A DNA stretch of 63,936 bases, filler included, from Atractiella rhizophila (GCA_021432655.1; 3 parts of 3 records of this genome joined end to end with filler, not necessarily neighbours in it); one strand, 5' to 3'; shown: positions 15,504 to 28,110, counted from the whole stretch's first letter. Notes: generated by a model from the letters alone, not told the origin. Translations and numbers: made by a program.

Positions 15504-16461
15504 TTAAGCCGAGGCTTTGGCTTTGGTCGTCGTCTGCAACATTCCACGTCAGTGTCACGTATCAATGCCAAAGGATAAGGGAAGGCACACCTTTTTCTTT
15601 GCTGGAGCTTTCGTTGGAGCCTTCGACCTGTCAGTGGGAGCCTTTCTAACAGCGGCAGCCTTCTTCGCAGGTGCGAGAGAGGAAGTCGTCTTCTTGGCTG
15701 CAGGTTTCTTCGTGGTCGTTTTCTTTGTCGCGGCAGCAACAGTCTTCTTGGCAGGAGCCTTCTTCACAGTGGCCTTCTTCGTTGATGCACCAGCATTCGT
15801 TTTCGCCGTCAGTGGTTTCTTGACTGGTTTCTTCACAGCAGACTTGGTAGCGGTAGACTTGGTCGTGGATTTGGTGGCAGACTTGGGTTTCGCAGCAGGC
15901 TTTTTGGCGGCAGAAACGGGTTTGGTGTTCTATTGGTGGATCAACAACGAGCCCAGTGTTAAGTCCAAATGAAACGAACCTCTTTGCCAGCAGATGACGT
16001 TTTAGGCGCCTTCTTGATTTTACCCGAGATTCCCTTAGGAAGCGTGAATACGCCGTTCTCCTCTCCGCGCTTGATGGCAGCAGCAATGAAGTTGTTTGTT
16101 GACGCGTTGGCTTCAATCTTGTAAGTGGTCTCGATGTATCTTGATGCAGAGACAAACATCAAAAAGTTGAATTAAACAAAGACCAAAGAATGTACTTCTT
16201 TATTCCCTGGCGTGAGACTCCGTTCCTAGTTCCACCTTCCTCAGCTTCGATAGCCTCCAAAATCATTTCCTGATAGGTAGGATGTTCGGGAGCCGCTTTC
16301 GATACCGGCTTGGAAGTCTTCTTCGTGGTACCAGCCGATTTTGGCTTCGAGGTAGTGGCAGCTTTCTTGGAGGCGGGTTTCTTTGCCTTGGAGGTTGGGG
16401 CCTTAGCGGACGAGGGAGCGTCGACGGGAACGTCGGGAGCAGGAGCAGAGTTGTCAGACAT
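15504..16461 (-). CDS. Linker histone H1 (3 introns)
   Basis: Globular domain HPTYQEMILEAI...GVSRQGIKKYIETTYK...KRGEENGVFTLPKGISGKIK, flanked by K/A/T/P-rich tails. Confidence 0.93.
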
Positions 16462-19400
16462 GGCTGGAGAGGTATTGAAGGTTAGTAGATGTTATGTGGC
16501 GTTGGAACTAATTTCAAGCAAAGTGGTTAAAGTGGGAAATTTCGAACGTCCTTCCTTTTCAAGGGCAACGTTGATGATGACTTGAGATGATACCTGGCAC
16601 GTGCAGTGATAACAAGTGATCTTAACGCCGAACAATCCTGCTTTCTGATTGGACAGAACTTCCGAACTTTATCCCAACAAGTACTTGTCCGTTGTTTTGG
16701 TGTCCCATCGATGATGGCTGGCTTTTGCTTTTGTGACTGCCTTTTGTTTCTTCTGGCTTTGCTTCCACCAACGGTACTGATGCATTTGTCCCCACGTCCC
16801 ACGTTAGTGTCGCTACAACATCCTCTCCCTTGCTCCAACAAACACAGTTAAGAGGCACATTTTTACTGTGGAGATTTTGTGGGAAATATGTGGTGTGTGT
16901 GATGATTCGGTCTGTCTTCCTCTCCTGCGCGTATGTTTCTGGGTTGCTAGCTCGTTCATCGGCTGCTGAGAGACACCTTAAATGCAGTTAAATCGTTCAC
17001 GTATTAAAACCTCCAGTAAATCTGGGTCGTCCATCGACGACCTCCATCATACTCACGGGCTGAACGTCAGGAACTGAACCTTGCAGTTTGGAGGTTTCTG
17101 TTGCACCTTATCTCAGGTTGCCGTCGAAGCTATCCGAATTTGCGGTGAAAGAGTCTGCATGATGGTATCTGGTTCTGCTGACGATTCGTTCAAGAGCAAT
17201 TAGAACCATTCTCTTGCCTGCTCATGAGTAAAGCTTGAGGGAAACGTAAAACTCTCGCTCTTTGTCAACGTTTTCCAAGACGGACCGCGACAAATCCGAC
17301 CCTTTATACCATTGTTATGTTCCTGCTGTACGTTCAGTGAACTCTCATGGACTCGTAAAAGCATGGGCCTAAGCCACTCGCTTGCACTTCTGGGGTAGAA
17401 GGTGGAGACTGGGTTTAGCGTGGAAACTTGTGCGAGAGACACGTATGTTGGTCGTTTGAGGAGTGGTTTGTGTCCCTCCTGTCCTGACTCGCTTCACTGT
17501 GAACCCATCGCGTTCTTGCACAAAAGTTAGCCTCAAACTGTGTTTGGAAACCCCTCTGCGTTCACAGAGAGTCCACTACCATGGACGGACGAATGATTTT
17601 CAATGAGCAGGCCTAACGGATACGTTCTATTGTAAATTAAATCGTCCGCTCAGAACGAGGTGCACGTACCGCCTGTTAAGACCAGGTCGAGTCGAAACCG
17701 AGGTTGGGCTCATCTCGATACTGCACGTCCAAGTCGTTCTGTCGAAGACGCTAGACCCGTCCGATTCGTCTCGCCTGAATGGACAGCTCAAGCAAACGCC
17801 CAACCAAAAACAGGGCAAGTCGTCATGAGCATTCAGTGCGGTTATCTCGATCAGCTGAGCTGAGCAGGCTGAACGTCTCGATCGTGTCTCACAGGACACA
17901 CGAGGTTTACGTGCCTTGAGGTTGATGCATGCGCTACATGCAATCCTTCCTGCTACATTTCTGCCTTATAAAAAGCGAGGGGCAGAATCCTTTCTCACAA
18001 CATCTTCATCCAAACACCACTCAAATATGGCTTCCCCAATCCCGCGTTATCGTATGCGCTTCCTTGCTGTGGGCTGTGGGAAATTCTGATAATTTACCTA
18101 CGCAGAATACAATGCCCAAGAAGAAATTTACTTGTGGAGCTCGACCCACCACGTCGTTTACCCTGTCGAAAGCGTTCGGAAACTCAGGCGCCAAGGCTAC
18201 GATGTCTCTGTTGGTCTTTCCCATATTTGACGATTATTTCTCACCTCTGCATTGCAGCACTTCGATACACCTTTAATCTTCCCACCATATTCTTACATTC
18301 AATACAGTTAGTTCCTTATCTCCTTCCAGTTTGCAGACCTAACTTCACGAAGTTAATGAGGACGGCGTCGTTTACACCCCCCACGACGTCAGCAATGTCT
18401 TCATACGATCTCAACGCTGCCTCGATGAATGTCGCTTCAACACCGCAAACAAGAAACCAGCTGTCATTAGAGAGGTAAGTAGCTCATCCTTTCCCAGTGG
18501 ACTCAATCTGAGACTTGCGGTAGCATTTTGCAAACTGCAGATTCCGAAGTCATGCATTTCTGTCTGCTCGTGACCCTCTGGGCGATCTCTGTGCTCTCCA
18601 ATTGGGCTCCCAGAGGCATCCTCCGCATCGCAACATCAACAATATACCACAGACAGTATAGGCAGAATCGTCGATAATCCCTTTTTGTACCATATATCAA
18701 TACGTCCTCGATATAATATCCGCAACGGCAAGCTTAGTTTTGCGAGCTACCTGCACGGCATTTCGATCTTCAATTCATGTTCTTTCACCTGTATCACTCT
18801 TTGGTTGTTGGCTTCTCTTGTTCTACCATCCTTGAGCTACAAATGAGCATACTGTATCGCATCTGCACGTCGTCCACAAGGAGACCTTCCAACGATCGCA
18901 AGAAACGACACAATACTATGGGAAACATGAACTTGCAAATTTCAAGCTGGAGCGTAGGTTCAGAGCAGGATACCATTCCTCATTCTTTATGACTTCTTTG
19001 CATAATTGTGCACGCGCAGAAACCTAGATATATGAATATCTGAAGCCATGACGTAGTAGCATGGAAGGCAAAGTCAGCGAGCAGCTGCAGCCTACCAGTC
19101 CGAGCAGGAAAGCTCGCAAGGTAATCTACTAGTAAAGGGCCGAAAGAGCTAGAGAAAGCATCTCTCATTCAGGAGCCAACTTGGCAAACCGCGACTGACC
19201 CGAGTAGGGCTTTGAACCGTCCCGTCCGTCGATTTTTGTGCCTGAGAGGGCGACGGGACGGGGTTACCCGTCCCGTCACCCGCACCGTCATTGAACACGG
19301 GGACCTTCTGACGGTGACGGGGTGGTGACGTCAAGAAAAGGGTGCAGACGGACGGGTTTGACGGTGAACACGGGTGTCAACAAAATACTCCTGTATTCTG

Positions 19401-19868
19401 TCCGGCACCACCGGAATATCTCACTCATGCCATGTTGTAGCCGCTAACTACTAATCCCGGCAAGCCTAGGCCTGTTTGGCTTGGCGGAAAGGTGCTTTGG
19501 TTGCGCCAGCTATGGCACGTAAGCAGCCGGTCCACATAAGGTTAGGTGTGTACTGACCCGAAAGTCCCTTTCTGGCCGTTTCGGGCCATGCAAAGGAATG
19601 TTTGCTCTGCTGCAAACAAGAAAATATGAAATTACGAAAAGCTTGCAGCAAAACAAGCAAAAAACTGGTAAAAACAGGTTTAAACTTAAAATTCATTTAT
19701 AACACCCGTTGTTCCCCAATGGACGTGCTAGCTGTGGACGGGGATGAGGATAGGTTTAGACTACAGTAGTTGCACGTTCGTTGTAGCGGACGACGATAGG
19801 GCTAAGAGAGGTAGGAAGAGAGGTTGACGGGGAGGGATGGAGGTGGAAAAGATGGTCCGCAGAAACCG

Positions 19869-20806
19869 TTAGACACGGTCAAAGACTGAACGAGAACCAT
19901 GTATGGAGACATGGATTAAGATAGGGTGTTGACGAATGTAAATTTGGAACGCTTCTGAGCTCCACCTTCCAATTTTCTGAATGATGGATTCTGGGACACC
20001 GTTGGCCGCGAGATGGGTGGCTTCACCTGATCGAAGCGAGTGGCCAGCAATGTCGCTGCTGAAGAATCTCCTGAGCTGTCGTATGAACCACGAACGAGTA
20101 GGAATTGATCCATCCAGCTTCACGAAGAGTTCTGGATTGTAAGGATGTTCGGTGTCCCTTCGTTTGAGATACTGTTTGAGAATGCCAGTGGGATCTAGAG
20201 TTTCGCAGTCCCTCTTCTGCAAGACACATAAGTTTCCCATAAATGTGCGGTCCCCCTTATGAGCAGGAAGCATATAGGAAATCGTGTCATCTGCGATGTT
20301 GACTGAAGTGCGCTTGATTCGCTTTCGAAAGTCGCGTTTCGAAACTTCGTCTGGGTCGACCAGCTCCCCCGCTCGATGCAAGTTATGCCAACCGACCGCG
20401 ACAATGCATTTGAATAGGGTGTCGTCGTAGCTGTCAGAGAGATGGCCGAATAGGAAAATAAGGTCTGATTCCATCAGGGGGCGTTTTCGATTCGTGGGAG
20501 TTTGAAAGCGCTTAAAGCATCCAGCCAGTGTCAACTTGACAAGACGAGAATGGCGGATGGCTGGCCATTCAGGGAAGTACGGTTCTATGAAAGAGGCGAT
20601 TCCGGATAGATAAGATTTGACTGTTGAGGGCTTGACAAAATGTGACATATATACGATGTAGAAGGAAAGGGTGTCGCGGGATGGTGTAAGGGAAAATTTG
20701 TGTAGTTGGCAAAACTGGATGTAAGACCGTGCTGCTGAAGAATAGGCCTCCTTTGTAGCAGGGTCGTAAGCCAAGGCTAGCGTTGTAGCGCGCTCCTGTA
20801 TAAGGC
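19869..20806 (-). CDS. Tyrosine recombinase of DIRS/Ngaro-type retroelements (intact frame, no clear ATG)
   Basis: Catalytic R (LHRAGEL), K (HKGDR), H-x-x-R (GHSLRSG), W (IGRWSS) and Y (FQIYIR). The N-terminal RLIQERA...YSSAARSYIQFCQLH...SFYIVYMSHFVKPSTVKSYLSGI is typical of fungal YR-retroelement recombinases. Intronless. Confidence 0.9.
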
Positions 20807-21599
20807 GTGGGAGGAAGGGTCGGACGGCAAGGTCTAGAGGAGTGCTCTGAACCTATGCCACCTTTCTCTCGAGCACTCCTCTTGCTATCGTCGCTGCTGC
20901 TCCCTCCCTCCTCTTTCTTCGGGCAGTGCTCGGAAAAGGTCACCGCTTTCCGGCTACAACGATTGCGGAAACCAGGCCGAGGGTGTGGCGAGCGAGTCCT
21001 TCACGAGCTTAACCAGCGATTAGTATCCGCTCTGGAATTCTGACGATCTTAGCTGGAAGTCAGTAGGGGGCAGACAGGAGGCGAATTTAGTCAGGTGGAG
21101 CTGTCGGAGAACGTCTTACTTATGTAGAGAAAGAGGGTTGAGGCTCGGATAGTCGTACCCAGGTGGTCGCTCCCTTCCGCGGAACGGGTCGACCCTTTCG
21201 TGCTCGAGTCGTAGCTCCCTTAATACCGCCTCCTCTTCCAACTACTACGACCTCGTACCTAGAGTCACATGCCGGAGATGCGCTTCTCGCAATTCTGTCA
21301 AAAAAGGATACGAGAGTCTGCCTAATGTTCTTATGAAGTTTGTATAGTGGCCTGAGAAGTGTCTAGAGGGTTTGCTCGAGGTGGTAGTTCAAGAGCGTAT
21401 GCTACTGCCGAAAGCGTAGTTCGAGCGAGTCTGGGGACGAGAGTGGTAGCCGCTGATGCGAGTGCAAGTAAAGTTGCCACAGCAATGAGCAATGGAGCAA
21501 CGCCCTGAGTTCTTATTTAGGAGCTGAGGAAGAGTACGAGGACAACGAAGATGAAGATGGTTCGCAGGTCCGCCGAGGCCAGCTGGGGTGTTCTTCAAC

Positions 21600-22839
21600 C
21601 TCCTTCGGACGTCCTTCACCTTACTCCCAGCTACGCTTGTTCGCCTTTCATAGACATCCTCTTTTGTGCTTACAAGGCAGACACCCCCTTCCTCAGTATC
21701 CCGTCCGCTCGGTCGAACAGGGTTCCATGCTCAACAGTTCCTCTTCACTTCCCTTAGTAGAGGGAGCGGGTGCTATAGAAGCATTGAAGGAGACCGTACC
21801 CCTCCTTAGAGACCAGTTGGGAAGGCGTCTAAGGAGGCTTTAAAGGAGAGGAGAAGGAGCCGGAGGGGCGAGGAAATACCTTCTAGGACACCGGACCCGT
21901 TGATAAGCTCGAATAGGGCTTGACAAGTTCCAGACCTGTGGGTAGTTAGAACTTATGAAGCTCAGTGTCGAGAGAAGGGTAGGGTTGGGACGGAAGCAGC
22001 TCAGCCAGAACTGTCCAAAAGCCCTCCCCAAAACCGGTGTGCGTCAGAGATCCGGAGTCCAGTACCTTCTTTCTTCCTTGGTACCCTGTACACTATAGTT
22101 GTACCTTCAAGATGCTAGTTACGCCCTACTTCTCAATGTCCTCCCCTCCACCAGAGGTGGCAAACTTTTGGATAATGGCCCATACTGCTGATCAGGCAAC
22201 CCAGAATAGGGTTTCTTCCTGAGACGGTTCAAATCCTATTAGTGCCTAGTCAGGATGCCACTTAGTAGGGAGTTGAGGGAGTAACTGTTTCGGTTTCACG
22301 CTCAAGCCATGCTGTTGTAAGTGCTAAAGTAAGGGACCGAAGCTGTGATGCGTCCAGATACCCCTGGTCTGTTAGATAACGAGACCTTTAGTCTACACAG
22401 AAGTCGAAAAGCGGAGGACGGATACGTAGGCAACACCGTCGATAATGTCCAGGACGCTTAGCTGCTGGATATAATGCAGCTAACCAAGCGCCATAAGCCG
22501 TCGAGCCCATCGGGTATGGAAACCACGAGGAAGAAAAGAAACCAGACGACCTAACGGTTGTCCTCTGAGGTGTAGGGGTGTCACGTCGTAGAGTACCTGC
22601 TACAGACCAGCCAGGTCGTATCAGCAAGCTACTGAAGGAAGGTGCCATAAGCTTAAGGAGAAGTTGTTCGTTCTGAGGAACGAGACACCCTTGCAAACCC
22701 TTAAGGTATGCTGACCTTCTTCGTCGAGGTGCCAGCTTCGGATCTCTAGTAACCCAAAGTCCAGCTGCGTCGTTTTGAAGATGAAAGTAATCTCTTCCTC
22801 TTCTTTCGCCTCAAGCATGTGAGAGAAGCTCTCAAACAT
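21600..22839 (-). pseudogene. Degenerate intronless ORF of unknown, probably transposon-derived, origin
   Basis: One reading frame can be followed without invoking frameshifts for over 350 codons (MFESFSHMLEAK...QEETLFWVA*SAVWAIIQKF...). It is interrupted by many TAG/TAA/TGA codons, and the DNA is visibly TpA-rich. Confidence 0.55.
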
Positions 22840-24842
22840 GCGAGAGGGTCGTCTGTTGCCGGGGAGTAGCTGACCACCTCTTAGGTTCCTACCAAGTTAA
22901 CCTAGGAGTTGCAGAAGGGGGAACGTGCGAAACGGGAGGTTAGGAGAATGGCCTTCTGCCGACCCTTCAGAGCGTCTAGGCGCTTTAAGAGAAAGAATTG
23001 GCGCGACAGTTCTCCCTGAACCTCACCCGTCGTCTAATGCAACTCTGGAGGCTGCCACAAAACACCTAACTTTTGTCCCTAACCTCGCCGTTGCTCCGTC
23101 TAAACGATCCTATGACACTACGTACAGGTGCGCCTCACCCCAAAACCAAGGGAGTCGAATTGCATCCGAAGTTTCCTGTCAAGTTGCAGGGTAAGTTGCA
23201 GCTGTAGAAGGAGCGCCTTAGAGAGCGGCAAGAAGTGCGAAATGCAAAGTCATATCGGTCTCCAGTAGCTTCCTAGCAGAACAAGTGTCTAAGTTACTTG
23301 AGTCAGCTAGAAAAGAGAAGCGTAAGAGGGGGCGAAAGCAATCGCTTCCAGAAGGCATTGCGTCACGAGGAGGACCGTGTTGTAGGACTCCAGCTGGAGT
23401 CTCACAACGTACAGGGTCCCCTCCTCTTAATGTAACGTCTACGGGAGAGTTCCTTGGCCCTCCTCCACCACGCTACAATGGAGGGATTGAACTAGTAATG
23501 TGGAAAACTTGGGGGGTGGCTTCTCAACTCCCCCCTCCTCTTCATTACCTAGAAAACCCGGAGAGCCACCCTTCCGTCGGAGTGGCTTTCCGGACCAGCG
23601 CGCTTNNNNNNNNNNNNNNNNNNNNNNNNNNNNNNNNNNNNNNNNNNNNNNNNNNNNNNNNNNNNNNNNNNNNNNNNNNNNNNNNNNNNNNNNNNNNNNN
23701 NNNNNNNNNNNNNNNNNNNNNNNNNNNNNNNNNNNNNNNNNNNNNNNNNNNNNNNNNNNNNNNNNNNNNNNNNNNNNNNNNNNNNNNNNNNNNNNNNNNN
23801 NNNNNNNNNNNNNNNNNNNNNNNNNNNNNNNNNNNNNNNNNNNNNNNNNNNNNNNNNNNNNNNNNNNNNNNNNNNNNNNNNNNNNNNNNNNNNNNNNNNN
23901 NNNNNNNNNNNNNNNNNNNNNNNNNNNNNNNNNNNNNNNNNNNNNNNNNNNNNNNNNNNNNNNNNNNNNNNNNNNNNNNNNNNNNNNNNNNNNNNNNNNN
24001 NNNNNNNNNNNNNNNNNNNNNNNNNNNNNNNNNNNNNNNNNNNNNNNNNNNNNNNNNNNNNNNNNNNNNNNNNNNNNNNNNNNNNNNNNNNNNNNNNNNN
24101 NNNNNNNNNNNNNNNNNNNNNNNNNNNNNNNNNNNNNNNNNNNNNNNAAAGTGCTGTTCGACTTCAACGACGACGTTGGTGGTTGCGAGCAGCTGGACGG
24201 AAGGAGGGATCCGATCGTGACCTCCTTTTGTAGCTGCGCAAGGGCCCCACGTCTTGTTAACAGTGCACCCAGCACTTTCAACAAAAACGACTTACGCAAA
24301 AGGAAACGCGGTTTGTCAGAATGCTCGCCGTCGAGCTCCTGATCGAAACTGCATTTCCTAAGCTGACCGTCAGCTATGACCAGGTCGACCTGGGGACTCT
24401 GCTTACCTAGCCCGGTAGGTAGCGTAGAGGGAGACGACTCCATGGACGCGAAGCGCCAGCAGTGGTGTTGTGAGCGAACGTCCCGGACGCAGCACGTACA
24501 ACTGGTGTAATCCTTGCATTAAACTCGAAATATGAAATTACGAAAAGCTGGCAGCAAAACAAGCAAAAAACTGGTAAAAACAGGTTTAAACTTAAAATTC
24601 ATTTATAACACCCGTTGTTCCCCGTCTGACCCGTCATGGAAGCACAAGAGGGTTGACGGACGGGTAGCACCCGTCCGTTTATACCGTCCGTCGTCAAAAA
24701 ATCAAAGTTGTGACGGTGACGGGACGCGTGGCCAAAAATGCCGTCCGTCCCGACCCCGTCACCCGTCTTGACAGTGCCGGTGCAAAGCCCTAGACCCGAG
24801 AGCAGGACCCTTTTGAGGCGTCCACTGGAACTCCTCCTCAAG

Positions 24843-24942
24843 NNNNNNNNNNNNNNNNNNNNNNNNNNNNNNNNNNNNNNNNNNNNTTAATTAATTAANN
24901 NNNNNNNNNNNNNNNNNNNNNNNNNNNNNNNNNNNNNNNNNN
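24843..24942. other. Artificial scaffold-joining spacer
   Basis: 100 nt of N with a central TTAATTAATTAA (stop in all six frames) at 24887-24898. Confidence 0.97.
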
Positions 24943-25524
24943 GACGTCCTTAGACCGTCCCACCACATTCGTCGTATTCCAAGGCCCAAGCTTGCCCACT
25001 CACCCAGAATAGCCTAGAACATATTTGAAGTGAATACTGTTGCCATCTTTACGCCACTGGCGTCGTCCGAGATCTTGTCTGCATTCTCCATTGACACAGC
25101 CGACAGTGACTCACAAACTTGAATTGTCTTTAATTGGAAACCGCGAGCAGTAACCAGAGGAGTAGTTGAAGAATTGCTCCTCTAGGTGGGATGGAATAGG
25201 ATTTGGGTGGTCTCGTTTGCGTCTCGTCCCTTATTTTGTTTATTTGTCGAGTGAGATGGCAACGACGCACACGAATGTCTGTGCTATCTGTCAACAGAAG
25301 TTTTCCACAAAATGAGGCGTGGGCTTGGAGCAGAGACATAGAGATAGACCACCCTAAAGACAAGCATGATACATGCTTGCATGTGTTCGTTTGTCACAAT
25401 AGGAGGAGCACAGCTGGAAAGTTTAAGCTTAGCAATTATTCACCTCTGAATCGCAGAGACTGAAATTATGATGCATACTACAATGAACTTGACACTCTGT
25501 TTAGCTGACTGACATCAACCCTAG

Positions 25525-27862
25525 TGTCTACATCCTCTCGATTTCAACTTCGCTAGTAGGCGGTAACCTCTACACCTCTATCGAAAATAATGTGTCTTTA
25601 GGAAGCGAATGTGACACCTACAATTGAGCCGTACTTCCTATCCTTATTCAAAGCACACGGCTTCCTCAGTAGTGTATATGTGGCGATTAACGTAAGCAAC
25701 TAATATCTTGAAGTCCCTCGTTGTGGTGACACGTAAATCACAGATTGCTCTTGCCGTGGGAAAACCACCCTTGGCGAAAGTGTTAGACGTATTTGGACGT
25801 GCAGAGGGTATTGCACTATCCGGAGTGACATATGGCATCGGTAGTTCCTCTCCTTTAGCGAGGAGCGATCAAACCTGATGCGCTTGTGGTCAGGTTACGT
25901 TCTCATAGCTTTTGCTGGTTCGATACAGATGTTTGGGGTGCGTTGGTGCCGCCATGATTTCGTTCTTCTTCTGACGTGAAAGAAAGGTCGGCAAAATTGT
26001 GGCGGCTTTGGGAAGTCAAGGGCTTCAACTGAGCCAACAAGTTGTTGTGGCTGGTAGGCAATCAATCGTCTCGTACTCTTTAAGTTCACTCGTCTGTAGA
26101 CACCTCAAGTTTGACTTCTCGCGCATTCATCATCTCGACAATATCTCTACCATGGCTCTTTACAACCTGGATTGGTAAGTCACAAGCGTACTCTTGGTTC
26201 GTGGTCCTGGGCTGAGATCAACAACAGGCCCTCCAATCGGTAACTTCTTCCTTCTCGGAGGCGAAACTCTATATCGCATAGCCTATCTTATCTTTGCCGT
26301 CCTCGTCCCACTCTCAGCATTATATCTCTCCTTTCGGCTTTTCTGGGAGTGGAACAGAGTTGCACGGTTCCTGCGATCTTTGCAGGAAGAGGACGATGTC
26401 GAAAGCGATGAAGAATCGGTGGAGAAATTAGCAGGCATTCCTACCCATCTAGGAGATGCCTTCGGAGCTGAAGGAGGCTTGCGCGTCGCGCTCAAGAATG
26501 TTTGGAGAGAGCTTGACGGTTTCGGAATGCTCCTCCTGACTTTGGGATGCTCCTTTATCCTATTTCCCCTCAGCGTTGGAGCAGAGTGGAAGAAAGGTTG
26601 GGGTGACTGTGAGTATTTACGCTCAGTGTGCAAGAGATGCTTATATGGGACAAAGATCGCCTTTACCTATTTCTCTTACTCGGCTTCTTGACACTCGCGC
26701 TCTTCGCACGAGTCGAGCAAAGATCCAAATACCCCATTCTACCACCTCGGCTTGCGAAGAACACGACCATTGTTGCCGGATGTTGTCTTGGTTTCTGGCA
26801 CTTTGCCAGCCAATTCATCTATGAAACCTACTTTACGAGTTTTCTCCAAGTTGCTCGAGGTTTGTCTCCAAAAAAAACACGAGCAAGATGTGATGAAACT
26901 TCACTCGCAGGACATTCGGCACGAGATGCCCAATATATCAGGTTCACTTTCTGCCTCCTTCTGAAAGGCAACAAAGAGCTCACAACCCCTAAGCCAGACC
27001 TACATCTTCACCGCATCGGTCTCATCGGTATTCATTGGCATTCTGACGAAGATATCCGGGCGTTACAAAATTTGGGGACTTATTGGGGTCATCATTCATA
27101 CCATGTTAACTCTCCCTCAACCTCCTCATCGACGTCGTTCGCTGACGAGGTATTAGTGGGGAGCTGATGATGGTTCGGTTTCGTCGACTGGATAATCCGA
27201 CGTGGGAGCTGGTTTTGAGCCAGGTAGTAGGGGGAATAGGTGGAGGTGTGCCACCACATTGCTTTGTCCATTCACAAATGCTCAAAGGAGGGCAGGATTC
27301 ACCACCGTCGCTGGACAGGTTGGAGTGCAGAGCGTCGTCGGAAGTCAAGGTTCGTCACATGCCTAACAGCAACAACTTGCCCAAGCTGATCCCATTCTAG
27401 ACATCGCATGTGCCACTGCGCTCTTCCTCACCATCACTCAAATCGGAGGTGCCTTAGGCAGTGCCATCTCCGGAGCCTTATGGACCACCCTGTTGCCTTC
27501 TCGACTAAGGGCGCATCTGCCACCAGCATCGCAATACCTCATTCCAGACATCGTTTCTTCTCTCTCAGTCGCCCTCTCCTTCCCTCCCGAAGACCCAATC
27601 CGGATAGGGATCAATGAGGCTTATACCGACGTCCAACGCGTGTTGAATGGAGTGGCAATACTCGCGCTCATTGGCGCTTTCATTGGCATCCTCGGTATGC
27701 GGAATGTCGATTTGAATGCGAGGGATGAGGTCCATGAGTATGTGAGAGTGCCTGATATCGAGGTCGAGGAAGATGACGCCGTCGAGGATGGTAAGTCATT
27801 CTTCCGTTCTGTCTTCAGGTTAGTTCTGATAACTCAAGTTTTCAGAAGAGCATATAATCTGA
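25525..27862 (+). CDS. MFS transporter, siderophore-iron transporter (Arn/MirB/Str-like) family; 5' end not resolved
   Basis: Spliced exons give VGKPPLAKVLDVFGRAEG, GLQLSQQVVVADTSSLTSRA, PWLFTTWIGPPIG, ELDGFGMLLL, ATALFLTITQIGGALGSAISGALWT and RIGINEAYTDVQR. Confidence 0.85.
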
Positions 27863-28110
27863 GAGCGATAAAGAACGTAGACTGCTTCGTTTCAAGCACC
27901 GGAAACATGTGTTCCGTCGATTGGTCCAACACTGCATTTTTGTAATCCACGCATACTTAGTGTAGCAACCGATTTCATATACCCTGTCATTAATACCGTC
28001 TCAGGTAGAACAGATACCATGCTTTTTTGCAGCACATTGAGCTTCATTACACTCAAGCTAGCTTGAATGGTGCAACGACAGTCATTTGCTCTGAACGAAT
28101 TAGGTAATAT

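Larger units (their letters stand above)
19622..24623. repeat. 96-bp direct repeats (19622-19717 and 24528-24623) flanking the internal cargo
   Basis: AAATATGAAATTACGAAAAGC...AACACCCGTTGTTCCCC occurs twice with one mismatch. Confidence 0.95.
19205..24792. mobile_element. hAT-type TIR DNA transposon, apparently non-autonomous, with internal cargo
   Basis: TIRs TAGGGCTTTGAACCG and CGGTGCAAAGCCCTA match at 14/15. There is a perfect 8-bp TSD GACCCGAG at 19197-19204 and 24793-24800, and many CCCGTC/GACGGG subterminal motifs at both ends. No transposase is visible (gap 23606-24147). Confidence 0.92.

Noticed and set aside
19869..20806. Starship captain or Crypton interpretation of the recombinase
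   Set aside because: The ORF is short and intronless with a DIRS/Ngaro-type N-terminus and GHSLRSG/IGRWSS motifs. It shows no DUF3435-like size or position, and the boundaries are hAT TIRs.
22227..22237. GGTTCAAATCC tRNA T-loop-like motif (similar at about 63125 and 3630)
   Set aside because: No cloverleaf or acceptor stem can be built around any of them.
23285..24443. Long ORFs spanning the N gap
   Set aside because: They are artefacts of translating Ns. The 24148-24443 part may be a gag-like fragment but no motif was recognised.
24887..24898. TTAATTAATTAA palindrome (also at 49752-49763)
   Set aside because: It is a synthetic scaffold spacer, not a biological site.
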